DNA of 63,914 nucleotides, the filler included, from Psammoneis japonica (Eukaryota), in assembly GCA_008632985.1 (NCBI GenBank). It is 4 parts of 4 records of this genome, joined end to end, with 100 filler letters (N's around TTAATTAATTAA, not from the genome) between each part and the next. Parts side by side here need not be neighbours in the genome. Positions count along the whole stretch, not along the records: positions 1 to 20,600 come from QPGO01000448.1; 3 more parts are not named here. One strand, 5' to 3'. The notes beneath the pieces are model-generated. The model saw nothing but the letters and a program-made list of their open reading frames with translations, did no database searches and was not told where the DNA came from. The translations under genes and the position numbers were made by a program. This document shows positions 1 through 13,665 of the stretch, piece by piece. Numbering within the stretch: the first letter of the stretch is position 1; every line of letters starts with the position of its first letter.

Positions 1-1472
1 GCAATGACGTAAATTGTCTGGCATTTGTTCATGTCAAAAACAAACTGTGGAATCATCTCTCACTGTTCCATCAGACTTGGCACCCAAGCAGATTGTTTTT
101 CCCAATGGCAGACATGTTCCAGCCACAGGTGAACACACGCATTAAAAAGGGCAACATTTTTGCAATTTTTGTGTGGTCTCACCAACTTGTGATCAAACTG
201 TGTTGATTGGAGAACAATGCTCCTCTTGTTTGCAAGTGCTTTGACACACCAACAAGACCCACCTGAGTGCATTAAAACAATCTGTTGCTTGCATGCAGCT
301 GGGGAACGTCTCCTCAACCACCATGGTCACATGCACAATTTGAACTCCAGCCAAGATGCCACCAGCACTGAGAATGCCTTGTCCTTGGCACAAGCTGATG
401 TTGCTTCAGGAGCTGCAGTGGGATGGGCAGGCAAGGGCATTTTGGTTTTGATCAGCTCTGGTGGCTGCACAGCCTTGTCTCCATGTCAACGCAAGGGGGT
501 GGTCAACAAGGCTTGATGTGACAATGCTCGGGGACAACGCGCTTGGAGCACAACAAGACAAAACCAACATTGTCAATCACGCAGACATGAAGGCCAATCA
601 ACTCTGTGACAATGTCAGTGTGGTGCATGCCAAGAGACAGACAATTGGTGTGAACAAGAGGTGAGGCATTCCAAAAAATGGCAGCAGCATGTTGGTTGGC
701 ACGGGGCACAGCAGAAGCAGCTTGACACTTGTTCACAACAAACATTTTTTCCTGATGCCAAAGTGGCCATGATGTGCCAAGCAGATCAAGGATGGGGGTT
801 GCTGGATTTGCAAATTTTGCAGCTGCCCTCACACTTTGCTGGGAAGTCATGTGTTTTTCTCACATGACAAGTCAGAGCACAAACATCTCAAAACTCTTTG
901 TGAGAGATGCCTGGCTCAGTGCCGCTGACACCTGGGACAGTGAAACCATCAGCCGTGTGCTTGACAGTTTGATGTTGGCCACTTCACGCATGATGATGAT
1001 GGTCCTGTGGCACACTGTGACAACCACTCTAGCCACCAGCTGCCACCAGTTAGAGGGCCCCAACTCTAACTGTTTACAACTGATTTGACTGTGTCGACTG
1101 GCTCAGTTGACTGCAACAAATGCAAAACGTCTGTCCCTGATGCGTTTTTTGGATTTTTGATTTTGATCCTCAGATCACTTCCAACTTCCATCTCAAGTGG
1201 TGACACGCGATCTGTTGCACAGAATTTTGAAAACGTGGATTCTTAAAAATCTGCATTCCCCAAAACAGTCATTTTTAAAAATGACACCGTTGTTTTTTGA
1301 GAATCGTTGGTCATGCCCATTGGGCAACGGTCATTTTGGGCATGTGGGCACAAATTTAACGGTCACACAATTTGACACTGTGCACACATGACATCACATC
1401 ACACAACAATGTGACACACAACACAACATCACTGCATCACATGATTTGACACCACAATGCATTTGCACACAA

Positions 1473-2840
1473 TCACATGCATCTTGGGATTTTGTCAGCT
1501 TTTGACACATCTGGTGGACAACCATTGACAGCCATTTTCAATTCTTTGCAACTGCTCTTGTCCAAGGCTTTCAAGACATGAACTTTCTCTCCTCCAAGTC
1601 TCTTAAAGTGATCCAACATGGCAACCTTGGTTTTTGAAATCGGGGTCGCTTTTGTGACCCTCCTGAAACTCAACGCATTTCTGCCATCCCTTTTTCACAT
1701 CAGCTGCAGTGTGTCCTTCAAAAGGATCGGACTTCTCCTCCTCCTGTTCCTTGTGCTGGCCTTCTTGCTGCTCCTCTTCTGACTCATCATGCTGCTCATC
1801 CTCCTCTGACTTGTCCTGCTGTTTGTCCCGGTGTTCCTTCTTTTGCTCTTCCTGTTGCTTGTGCTGACTCTCCTTCTCTGGCTCCTGTGTGACCTCTTCA
1901 GATTGCATTGATGAGTTTTCCTCCTGCTCTTCCTCCTGCTGTTCCTCCTCCTCCTGAGGTGTCTCTGCAGATTTCCTTCATGGATCCTTTTGACAGTTCC
2001 TTGGATCCTTGAGATTTCCCTTGGCACTTGTTCTGGATGTCCAAATGCTCTTCATCGCAACCAGCTTTTTCCTGCCATGTGCTGCAACAATGGTGCCCTC
2101 TTCTCATGCCTGTTTGTGCGCAATTTCTGCTTGCACCTTGCACCTGTTCCTTGGTTTGTCAACAACAGCAACCTCTTCTCGCAGAGTGTGCCTGTTCCTG
2201 GGCAGCCCATCAACACTGGCAACCTCTGCTTGTGGCGTGCGCCTTTTCATTGGTTTGTCCATTTCCACCATGCTCTTCTGCATGGGTTTGTTGCACTTCT
2301 TTGCTGCCTTGTTGCTCTTCTTGCCAGATTTCTTGGGCAACTTTGCCACCTTTGCATCTTCACAAACTGTCAGAGCCATCAGTGCTGTTGTCAATCAGAG
2401 GAAATGGAGCTAGAGGAACCGTCAGTGTCCTCGGAGACAACATCTTCCAAGTCGCTCTTGGTGTTTGTCTTCCATTTCTTCTTGGCTCCCTCAGAGACAT
2501 CATCTTCTGAGTTTCCATTGGTGGCCTTCTTCCTTTTCTTTTTGAGATCTTTCAAGTGCTTCCTCCAGCAGTTAAAGTGTGTGCATTTAGGGCCATGTTT
2601 CTGGTGGCAACTGGTGAGGGTGGTGGCTTTCTGGATGGTGCACACCACCCCAAACTTGGTGGCGCAAGGCAAACAAATGCACTTGGTTGGCATTTCCTCC
2701 ACCATGCTGGGTGTCACCAGGTTGTTTGCACCATCTCTGATGGAAATGGCAAAGCAACGAATTCCTCCTTCATTCAAGGAAGATTTGACAGCTGTCCTCA
2801 GCTTGTGCATGTCCTTCTTTAGACTTGATGACATGGTCAA
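1473..2840 (-). pseudogene. Decayed gene of unknown function (K-rich and E/Q-rich low-complexity segments) within the TE block
   Basis: Collinear minus-strand ORF pieces 2391-2840, 2104-2394, 1603-1908 and 1473-1673, broken by TGA stops and frameshifts. No recognisable domain. Confidence 0.3.
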
Positions 2841-3550
2841 CCTTGATGCAGCATCACAAAAACAATGTGTTTTTTGTCTGTGTGTTTACATCATGAGGTG
2901 GTGGTGGCTCTTCACATGCACGCGTGTTGGCGTGTGCCACAACTGCATTTTTTGCATGTGACATCATCTTCATTGTGACTTCATGTTGTTCCCTAATTAA
3001 AAAGGTCTTTTTTTCCAAGTCAGCTGTGCCGTTTTTTGACATTTTGGGAATGCCACGGAACCACCAGCTCATTGCATCCAACTCAAAAGAGAAAGCAACA
3101 TGGTTGTTGCTGTTCCTCTCTTTGTTGTTGCTTTCTGTCCAGCATCAGCCATTGTTTGTTTCCCTTCTCCATGCCATGCATCTTGCAAGAGGCAACAGTG
3201 GTGCTCCGCCTTGGTCTAGAGGTCGCGACCTCTCACCATCCTCCTCTTCCTGTTGCTCTGCCAGATGGTCAAGATGTCAAACATGTGATGACTCTTTCTT
3301 GCATTGTCCTTGTCATTCACCTTGTTGTGGACATGCTGGAAGTTCCCTTTGCCCCATGATGTCTCTCCCAAACAGCCTCCTTGTCGTTCACCTCCTCGTG
3401 GATGTGCTGGAACTTCCCGTTGCCATGATGTTTCTCCTGAACAGTCTCCTCACCAATCACTTTGTTGCCATGCATCACCATCATGCCGTTGCAGCTTGTT
3501 GGCCAGCCGTGACCATCCTTCAAGAATGTCATCCAATTCCCCTGCCACTG

Positions 3551-4045
3551 CTCCGTTGCAGCCTGCAGCTCCATCGCCGTCATCACAGCAATGCTGTCAC
3601 GCTCCAACCGCTTCGTTGCAGCCTTCAGCTCTGTCTCCATTGTCGCAGCAATGTCATCATGCTCCGACCACTTCATTGCAGCCTTCAGCTCTGTTGCCGT
3701 CATCACAGCAATGCTGTCATGCTCCGACCACTTCGTTGCAGCCTGCAGCTCCGTTGCCATTGTTGCAGCAACACCGTCAAGCTCTGACCACTTTGTTGAA
3801 GCCTTCAGCTCCATCTCCGTCGTCGCAGCAATGCCGCCATGCTCTGACCGCTTCGTTGCAGCCTTCAGCTGTGTTGCCGTCATTGCAGCAATGCTGTCAT
3901 GCTCCGACCATTTTGTTGCAGCCTTCAGCTCTGTCGCCATCATTGCAGCAATGCTGTCATGCTTTCACCATGTCGTTGCAGCCTGCAGCTCCATTGCTGT
4001 CATTGCAGCAATGCTGCCATGCTCTGACCGCTTTGTTGCAGCCTG
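3551..4045. repeat. 60-bp tandem repeat, about 8 units, encoding a 20-aa repeat (ATELKAATKxSEHDSIAAxT) on the minus strand
   Basis: Successive 60-nt lines align: CTTCGTTGCAGCCTTCAGCTCTGTTGCCGTCATTGCAGCAATGCTGTCATGCTCCGACCA. Unit differences are mostly CG/TG/CA. Confidence 0.95.
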
Positions 4046-4869
4046 CTTGTCCAGCACAGTTGATTCAATTTGCTGCACTCCCTTCAGAAGCAGTTCATTG
4101 GGTGCCTGTGCATGCACCCATTGCTGGGTCAACTGCAGAAAAGAAGAGAACTCGTCATTCCAGGGGAAAGGGCCGTCCATTCAAGAAAACATCTTCCAGG
4201 CAAGCATCCTCCTCTCCTGCACAGATTGCCAATCACAGTGATGGCAGCGATCGTGGTTGTCGTTGTGGCCATCGTCATGGTCGTTCCCGCACTTGTTGTT
4301 CCTCCCTCTCCAGTTCTTGGTCAAGGCTCACCTCACAGTTGCGCTGTGAACATCGATCGCGGTCACGTCACTCATGATCAATTTCTTGGTTTCGGTCTCG
4401 TTCTCACTCCAGTTCCAGGTTCAGGTCTAGATCTCTGCGCCGGTCCTGTTCTCTTCAAGAGACCACCAGCAGGCATTGGTCCTTGTCTGTTGGTGGGCAT
4501 GGTCACTCTCTTTGGTCGACCACTGGGTCAAGTTCTGCAGGAAACTGCAGAAAGAAATGTCACCGTGTCTCTGTTGGTTGTTCCAGTTGCAAAGAAGAAC
4601 CCTTGTTTGTGTCACCCTCTCCTTGTGGATGCCTCTGCTCAAGGAATTCCCCCAAAAGCATGCGCCTGCCCAAAACTTGTGCAGCAGGAGTTTCAGCCCT
4701 GTTTCTCACTGCACAAGGTCTTCTGTTTCCAGGTCCCGTCTGCTCAACCTGTTCAGATGGATTGGAACATGCTTCATCTGCTCGCACCATGTCCCACACT
4801 TCCAGGTCTGACAGGCATCGTTCTCTCAGCTTGGACTCTTTAAGTTTGGACGCTTTGGAGTTGCCTGTT

Positions 4870-6993
4870 GAGCTGTCTTCTTCATCTGCTGTTGGTGCAC
4901 TTGCAAATGCCCAAAAGGAACACTCACACCTTTTCTGTGGAGACACGAGTGGAGAAAGTTCGACTGTCCAAGGCCTTGTTGAGGGAAAATGTGTTTAAGG
5001 AGGAGAGCATGTTCAACATTGTTTTTATTTTTGAAGAGGCCCACCATGGGCACTTTGACGACAACTTGTCCAAGGACAAGCCAGTCGACAACCTTGGCCG
5101 GCTTTCTAAGATGGGATGAGAAAAATGTGTCAAGCGGCATCACGTCACATTCCAGTCTCCATTGCAGGTGGCTTTGCCGTGCAGAGCTGACACATCCCAC
5201 TGCCAAGACAACATTGTTGACCTCGCTTTGGAACTTGGATCAAATGACACGTCTGCTGCATGGTCATTGCATGACATTGACAGTGATCATTCCAATTGCT
5301 TCCTGATGGTTGTGAATTCTTTTCAACAAGATCACCCAACACATCGGATTGACTAGAATCATTTGCAAAAACTCATCAAGAAATGTCATGATGAACCAAA
5401 GGAGGGAGCGTCTCAAACTTTGGCCAAGGGGAAGACAGGAACACACCATCAGCTGCATGATTGCTTTGCTGATTTCGGACTGTGCACAAAAAATGTGAGC
5501 ACTTTTGGGAAGGGATTTGCTGATGGTGTTGCAAGGCCATGCGAGTGGAAGGGCACAAAGGAAGCCATGCAGTTCTTTTTGATTTTGTCTCAAATCATTG
5601 GCTGTCTGCAACCTGAGTTCACATCGAATCCTTGGGACTGTCCAGAATTGCCCAATTGAGCAAATGATCATGTGTGTCTTTTGCAGGGTGCAACGTCCGA
5701 GATTGAGACTGAGGCTGTGCGTTGCTTGTGGAATTCCTTCATCTGCTTCTCCAATTGTCACTCTGACCTGCACAACAGCACCAAGCCAACCATGGCACCC
5801 GTGTGCCATCCATGTCAGCAACTCATGATTCTGGAGTGATGAGAAACGCAGTTGTTGGTTGTTCTGGGTCCTTGGTGGATGACTGTGAATGGCGAATCAA
5901 ATTGACCCCACCACTGACAACACATGCAACAAAAACGCACCAAAATCTTCTGGACTGTCTGAAGTGAGTCAATCTGATGCTGCTTTTTGACAACTTGGAG
6001 AAATTCAAGGGACATGCCGGCATCGATGCTTGCAAAGTGACATGCAACATGGAGCCAGTCGGTTGTCACCAAGTTTTCCTGCACTTCATTGTTGCCCTCA
6101 TTGACAAGCATGAGCTTTCACCGCCCCAAATTGTGTCCGTGCAAACATGCTTCAAGCTGCATCCCCACAAGCCCTGCTTTTTGCCGCTGCCACCATGGTC
6201 CTGCTTTTGGTGTCTTGATTCAAGCCCACAAATGATCCTTTTGGGTTTGGACATGCCATGTGCGAAGCAATGGTGCACATCAAGAATGGCAACCCTCAGG
6301 CATCCCATCTTGATGCTCTTCTTGTTTGCCCAGGCCTGGGTTGCCCACTGGAGAGGAGTGAAATGAATGCAACCACAAGAAAGTTGGTGTGGCAATGGAA
6401 GTGTGGAGGGACCACCCAAAGAAGCCACAAACAAAGACACAGTCAGGGTTTGCAAGAAGTTTCTGAACAAGTTGTCAAAATTTTCGCCTCAATGCGGAGA
6501 TTTGTTTTTGAATCATTCAATGGGCATCATTGCCGAGCTTGGGATTTTGCCCTCTTGGATGATTGATTGCTGTCCTTGCAAAAAAGACAGTCTTCCTGAC
6601 TGCACAATGTTTGAGAAGCACCAACTTGGCACACCCAGCGATGCTGAAATTTTTCGTTTGGCACAAACGCTGAAGGAAGCTTTTTCCATGCAGTTGAACA
6701 AGGACCCTTCTGCAACCAACACACACTTCACCATTCGCTTCATGGAGAACCTGCTGTGCAAGTTGTTTTGAATGTGGTTTGGTGGAAGGAAAGGGTCCCA
6801 TTTTGATGTTTGCTTTTCCGGCCAGACCCTCTTTTTATTTCTGGAAAAGGCAACCCATGTGCATCATTTTGATGGATCTCCTGTCACCAAACCACCTGAA
6901 GGTGGATTGATTGCATCCTTTCCTTTCAAGGAAAAGGACACATGTTTGGCCAAATTGGCCAAACTGGCCAAAGGAGCTGGCAATTTGTTTTGA
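4870..6993 (+). pseudogene. Candidate TET/JBP-like 2OG-Fe(II) dioxygenase fused to a helix-hairpin-helix-like C-terminal domain (decayed)
   Basis: Reading through TGA stops gives FSNCHSDLHN (HSD at 5759-5767), then after a frameshift RNAVVGCSGSLVDD (5842-5883; C likely from Y). Further on are CGDLFLNHSMGIIAELG (~6493-6543), MENLLCKLF* (6742-6771) and FDVCFSGQ. Motif resemblance only. Confidence 0.45.
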
Positions 6994-7589
6994 AATAAAA
7001 ATCATGGTCCGGTTGTCCTCCCCTTCCCATTTCATTTTACAGAGATCATCGCTGATCCACAGTCTTGTCTCGTGCAAACATTGAAGCGGCACGCTGAAGA
7101 TGAGCCATTGTTGATTGACATGGACACAGACAATGATGTTGGTTTGCAGTTTGTGAAAAAGCAATGCATTTCTGCCCTCATGAACAAACCTGTTCCCCGT
7201 CGTCTGAGGAAGCGAAGGTGGACATGTCATCTCACCACATTCAATCAGGAATTTATTGCCTGACACAATGGACTGTGAGGCAATTGTCATGGCATCAGTG
7301 CAACATGATGGGTTGCCTGCAAGGATGCTGTTGTCAAGTTACATCATGTGACACAGCACCAAATGTCATGTCATGTGATGAAAATGATTCCAACAGTGTC
7401 ACACCACATGACATCATAAATTGTCACATGAGGCAAATGCGGTTGCACCCTCAACCACATTTTTCTAATTGATTTTAATCATGACATGATGTCACAAGTT
7501 GTCACATCACATGAGGACACATCCTGTGCACCCGCAACCACATGATTCCAATTGATTTTAATTGTGTGACATCATGTCATGTGATTGCA

Positions 7590-10500
7590 CATCTCCTGAT
7601 TTTGGGCTTTGGTCCAGTCACAAAAGCCAGAACAAGAGCAAGCAGAAACACATCATGCTCTGCCGCTTCTGTGATGGCCACAACGTCCTGTGCACACCCC
7701 ATTTTTACAAAGGCATCTCTGTCTGCCATGATTGGTTGTTTTGCCAGTCATTCACAGGTGATGTTGAACAGGAACAAGCTTTGCAATTGTTGATTGTTCA
7801 AACGCATTGTCAAGAATTCCCTGTTGACATTACTCTGGCCTTTTGCACAGGGCTGTGTTCTTGCTGCACACTCCGAATGAGTCAGCTGGCATCCACTTGA
7901 CTGATTTCTCCATGCCTTGAGCAATGATCCCATGTTCCCGTCACCACTTGCACTGAAAATGATGGACACTTCTTTCTTGCATGTCCATCCTGACTGATGC
8001 AATGTCGCCAACCTCTGCTTCGATGCTGCCATTGTGCATCTTGCACATTTTCCTTGCTTGTTCCAGCTGCAATGCCTTCCTTTTCTTTTCCTGCTCAGCG
8101 CATTGCTTTCTGCGCTGAGAAGAGGCTGATTCCACCAAGGACATGTGACGGGTGCATGAAGTCGCATCTTGAGAATTGGCAAATCCTTCCACATCTCCGG
8201 CTGCTGGCATGGCAGCAAATGCAACACCTGATGAGGCTGCTTGCATGGCAGCAAATGCAACACCTGATGAGGGTGGCCCTGCTTGATTAAACACGGGGTC
8301 TGTCTTCGCAGCAAATGCAACAGCTGATGAGGATGGCCCCACTTGGTTGACCACTGGTTCTTCTGGAATGCATTCCGCATCGTCAGATTCTGGAACATGT
8401 TCTTCCGGCACAGATTCTTCCAGTGAGATGCTTTTTTCCTCTGTGACAAACTCCTCTTCTTCTTCATGTGTTGTCTTCATTTCTGCTGGTTCATCATCAC
8501 CATCCTCTCCTCTGTCCTCTCCTGTGGAAGAGGAAGAGGAGGAGGAGGATGAATCAAGCAGTTGCTGCATGGCTTCATTGCTCACTCAATTCCTGCGGAT
8601 CAGAGCCATCAGTTCCCAGTCCAAATTCTTCAAGGATGAAGATGATTCTGATCTGTCACGCTGACACTCAGCCCGACTCCAACAAAACGAGGTAGAAAGC
8701 ACTCCTCCATCACCAAAAATGTGAGGTGGAACATCTTCCTGGCACATTGGGCACGTGCTTCCCATCTCACTGGTCTCATGCCAGTTGAGCAGACAATGCA
8801 GATGAATCACATGTTGGCTGGCCAGAAGACTTTGTTCCAAGGGGAATGTTTCACTGCAGCACACACAACACGTGGTGTCTGCTTCATCTGCCACCAAGGA
8901 TTCTTTGCTCGCATTGGCCACCTTTTGTCCTTTGTCTGACAAAACAGCAGAGGTTTCATCATCACTGTCACAATCTGACATTGATGTGAGCACATCTTCA
9001 CAAGTTGTCACCGTCAAATCATCATTCAATGAACATTTGGATGTCAAAGATTGGCATTTGCGAACCACAACACGGTGCATTTGTCCATGTGCAATGTCAG
9101 AAAGGTTGAAGGATGAATCGATGGCAGTCCAAATGTGTCCCACTGCAATGGGTCCACATTGGTGTCCATCTGTTTGTTTCACTAAACTGTCACCAACCAT
9201 CATCACCCATCCTTTGTGATTGTGTTGTTGCCTCCAATGCTGACTGTTCAGTGTCTTCCTTGAGATGACTTTTAGATGACGAGTGCGACTCTCTTGCCAT
9301 GAAACCACAGCAATGCAACACGTTTGTTGTGCACAACATCCAACTGCTTGGATTGCAGTTAAGCCCTTTGTACACTGTCACAAGTTCATTCCTCATGTCA
9401 AAGAAAAGTGTCACAAAATGATGGCTTGCATGGGCAACAGCAATCAAGGTGTCAACCCCGGGATCAAGAGCAATCAACTGATCCTCATCAATGATCTCCT
9501 CAGGAAAGTTGCAACAAACTGCCCTGGTGTTGGAGGGATGGATGTCGTGAGACAGCAAAATGGCAAAGCTTGAAATGAAGTCGTGTTCCCACCAACAATT
9601 TGTTTCAACATTGAGACGGCAACAATTGTCATCAAACACGCTGACAACCGCCATCCCCTTGGGACAGCAGCTGCAGTTTAAGGCAGGACAGAGACAGCAA
9701 ACTGTCTCTTTGTCAAGGAGCCCTCGTTGTTGCACAGAGATGGCCTGAGACAAAGCCTGCTCAAGTGTTGTCTGACGCAGGCGTTGTTCAAGCTTCATGT
9801 CATTAACAGGCGCGCACTTCCTGTTCTTGTGTTTGGCTCTGTTCAATGCCTGCAGATGAGCCAGGCTGTTGAATTTCCCTTCCGCCTTCACCGATTGGAA
9901 TGGGGGTGCATCTGCAGCAGTGTTGACCAGCAAGCCAAGAGGTTTGCCATTGTTGGGCAGACCTTCCTCCTCCAACTCATCCAACAAGTTCTGTCCAGGA
10001 ATGGCTTGGCTGGGAAAAGCCCGCTGTTTTGATTCCATGTCAACTGGATCAGGGAGTGCAGCCAGCTTCTTCTCTTTGTCAATTGGGTGTGGGAGTGCAG
10101 CTGGCTTCTTGTCATCTTCCTCTGCATGGTGAGGAAGTGAATCAGGGAGTGCAGCTGGCTTCTTCTCTTCATCAACGGGATGTGGGAGTGCCGCCGGCTT
10201 CTTGTCATCTTCCTCTGCATGGTGAGGAAGTGAAGCCGGTTGGTTGCAATCATCTAGCTCAAAGGCTTGTGAACCCTCCAACGGTTGGAGTTCTTTGTCA
10301 AAGGGCCAAGTCACTTGGCTTGGCAAACCATTCAAATCATCTAGAGTGGTGGCTGGCATCTTGTGCTCCCATTTGGTTGCGGGACAATGCATCGTCAGCA
10401 TTTGCATCTGGCCCGCACTCTTGCATCATGGTCATTTTCTCTCTGTGCTGATCACCAAGACGGTTGACCATCTCTTCAACTGTGATGCAATCAGCTGTCA

Positions 10501-11400
10501 CCTTGTTGGTGGCAGTGATCATGGGTTCCATGTGCTCCATTCCAAACACTGTCAAGTGCGGTGATTGCTCATTGCGTCCAGTGCTTTTTGTCATGTTCAT
10601 GGCAGCCATTGCGTCAGGACAACAGGTGACCCAACTGGCACTGGGGTCACCCTCATCACGCCTCTCCTTCACAAGAGTGGCAATTGACTCCTTCAAGGAA
10701 CCGCTGGTCCTTTCCACAGAACCCTGATCATGGGGCATTCTTGCACGACCACGAACTGTTTGGATGGAAGGTTGAATTTCCTTCAGTTTGTCAATGACTT
10801 CCTTGCCATGAACTTCTCCCCCATGATCAGATTGACACATGAGTGGAGGACCGCCATGTGCTTGGACTCTTTTGTTGGAGTTGGATGCATCCATGACAAC
10901 CTGCTAAAATGATCCTTGACCACAAGAAGCCACCTGTGCATGACCCCGAACACATTGTTTTGTGGGTCCTCTGTGCAGTCAACTCAGTCTGCTTGGACCC
11001 TGTCACGAAAATGATCTGACATTGTGGGACGAACTGCACCTTTGTGCTTTGGAACACGTGGCTGCTTAGAAGAACATTGAGGACAAGTGTCAATGAAAGC
11101 CTTCACAATGCTTTGGGCCACATTGAAATGCTTGTCCTTTGCCACCAAGTGAGTGGATGCCACCTTCTTGTGACCAGACAATGAGTGGATTTGTTTGAGT
11201 GTGTCGAAGCACATCATCTGGTGAACTGCTTGTTTGAGCTTGTCCTCCCCTTTGCAAAAAAGCAACAAAGGGCCCTCCTGAGGATGCTCCACACAGCACT
11301 TGTTGTTCATGCAGTGCCACTCAGGATGTTTGCGGTGCCACTGCTTGACATTGAGACCCTTTTCAGGGTCCTCCGTGTCCATGTGATCAAGCAAGCACAG
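7590..11400 (-). mobile_element. Ginger/GIN-like DNA transposon ORF (decayed): H2C2 zinc finger, rve integrase, Ulp1/C48 peptidase, RING finger, Cys-rich tail
   Basis: IHSLSGH...CPQC (10984-11394); RVQAD..KDHF; CQSDHGGE...PHDQGSVER (10337-10894). Ulp1-like HHF, VYKG (for VYDG) and QTDGHQCG; RING CxxC...HVIHLHCLLNW...CPMC (8586-9308). No RT or LTR belonging to it. Confidence 0.75.
10048..10233. repeat. 93-bp direct duplication in the linker of the Ginger-like ORF
   Basis: Units 10048-10140 and 10141-10233 both encode LPHHAEEDDKKPAALPHP.D.EKK.AALPD. Confidence 0.9.
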
Positions 11401-11799
11401 GATCCGTCAAAACCTTGGATGTTTTGGTGGTGGAAGCACTGCCAACCTCATCCAAGCCATGAGCCTCAGCTGGAAAACAGCATTTGTGATGATTCTCTTC
11501 TGTCATGGCAGAAAGTTTGTTGGGAGACAACAATGCATTGTGCCCTCCGAGCGATCGTTGTGGTGCCGATGCAAAACGACCAGTTTTGCTGGAATGACGG
11601 GTGGGGGTGAGACTGAGTCGAAGCATGGTTGTCAGCAACAGAACAACAAAGAAATGGAAGCAGTGGTGGTGGTGATGCCAACAAAAGCAAGTTCCATGAA
11701 AAGAGTGCACAAAGTGAGATCATCATGGGAGACATTGGATGATTCAGAAATGGGAATCTTCAAGATGGGTCAACAAAAAAAAAGGGTGGCAACCTGGTT

Positions 11800-12330
11800 C
11801 TACAAAGCATTGCAATCCCCCCCCCCCCAATTGACGATGGCTCCAAACTTGTTTTTTTTGGACTTCAGACAAATGCAACAAGGACAATGACTGCAAAAAA
11901 TGCAAACCGTGTTGGCTGCAATGTTGCAACAATCGTCCGACAAACGACTGAATGTTGCTTTGAAGGATTGGGGATGTCCTTCTACCTCATGAGCTTGTGA
12001 CATAATTTCAAAGCACTGAAGTTCATGGATGACACGTTTGTTCTTCGGTGGATGAACCTTTGTGTCTTTGCGACAAATCAATCCATCACGAACGAAACAT
12101 TTCTTGGACATCTGGTTCCATTCAGGGTGCTTGCGTCTCCATTGTTTGACATTGAGTCCAGCAGCATTGTCACAAAACTCACAATGCAACAAGAGGCATT
12201 CAATGTGATGGGGTTGCTCTTGTGTCAGCATCTTGGATGTGGTTCGGGCAAGCTTGCCCCCCGCACCATCGTGACGGAGTGCATCACGTTCGAACAACGC
12301 ACGATGTGGTGGAGACGATGCATTGTTCAT
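11800..12330 (-). pseudogene. Second, diverged integrase-type H2C2 module upstream of the Ginger-like ORF
   Basis: GLNVKQWRRKHPEW...AHEVEGH...CPCC parallels GLNVKQWHRKHPEW...IHSLSGH...CPQC in ORF 10984-11394. Confidence 0.6.
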
Positions 12331-13665
12331 GGTGTCAGCAACAAGGTTTGTGTGGACTGCATTGCATGGGAGAGCGAGCATGGCATTTACGAGAATGAAT
12401 GGCAAGCATTTTTGAAAATGGATGGGGGGGATTCTTGACAGGATTTGCATGGGATTTTAGGTGCGCGAGCTTTGTCGCACGCGATTTTAGTTTGTCGAGC
12501 ACAGTTTTGTGTGCTCTTTAGTTCTGCGCACATGTGCGCGATGTAGTTTGCTTTCGAGCCACTCGGCTCACAAGAACAATGACAACAGCCCGACTTTACA
12601 ACCCACACATCTTCGGCTCCTGTGACGGCATCTCAGCAGGATGCCAATCTGCTGTTCGACAGCAGTGAGGAGCATTGTTTTGTCTGTTGCCATTTGCCTT
12701 CAATTTCTGTCAGATTGACAGTCTTGCTCATTGTTTGCCCATTGAGCAACCGCCATCATCGTCGTTGATTCTGCTGATGACGTCATTTTTCATTTGTGTG
12801 GACCTCCGCACATGTTCCACTTACATCGGCAAGTCTGCACACACTCAATGCCAGACATCGGCTGGAATTTAACACCTCCGTCAGACTCCTGTGCTGCTGG
12901 ACATCTGGATTGTTTACACTGCCCTTTGTCGCTGAAGATGCATGTCCAACGGCTGTGTCCAAGTCTGTCCTTGACCCTGGTCACTTGACATTTTCATTCA
13001 ATGGTTGATGGTCAAGAACCCTGCATGTTCAAGGATCTTTGTCACCAAGGACTTGAATCCACCCTGGACTTTGGCTTTGCCACCACTCCACAAGCTCGCC
13101 GAGTCTGCTGTCCCTAATCTGCCCCAGACTGCTGGCACTCCACAGTTCCACCAGGTCCACGAGGACAACTGTGAGAGCAAGCAGCCATGATCACAGTCTG
13201 CGTTGGGGCAAGGGTGCTTTTCCCACGTTTGTTCATTCGTCCACAGCGCCTGACGCCAACGTCAACTGGCCAGCCTGATCGGGAAATCCAACCGAAGTAA
13301 AACAAGAATGGTTCGGGGGTCTTGTCCACCTCTGGTCAGCTCACCTGCAGGGGTTTACAACCAGCTGCTCTGCTCGCAAGCAAACCAAAGCGTCGCCAGC
13401 CGCGGGTGTGGATGTGCCGGCACAACTCTGCGCACCTGACAGGAAGTTTAGCACTTGACTGTGAACGGGGTGGCACAACCCGGCGACTTCTGATTTTAAG
13501 ACAGTTCAAGATTTCAAGCCAAGTTTCAAGTCAAGTTTCAAGCCAAATTCAAGTCAAGACCATGCTCTAGATTTGTTTCTGCCTTTTGTTCCTGCTGCAC
13601 CGTCCTTCGTCATGGTTCTCACATGACAGCAACAAACCAGAAGCTTTGAGTGCATTCTAGGCACC

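Noticed and set aside
1..1100. Possible decayed gene at the start of the window
   Set aside because: It is hypermutated, and neither strand nor family could be assigned.
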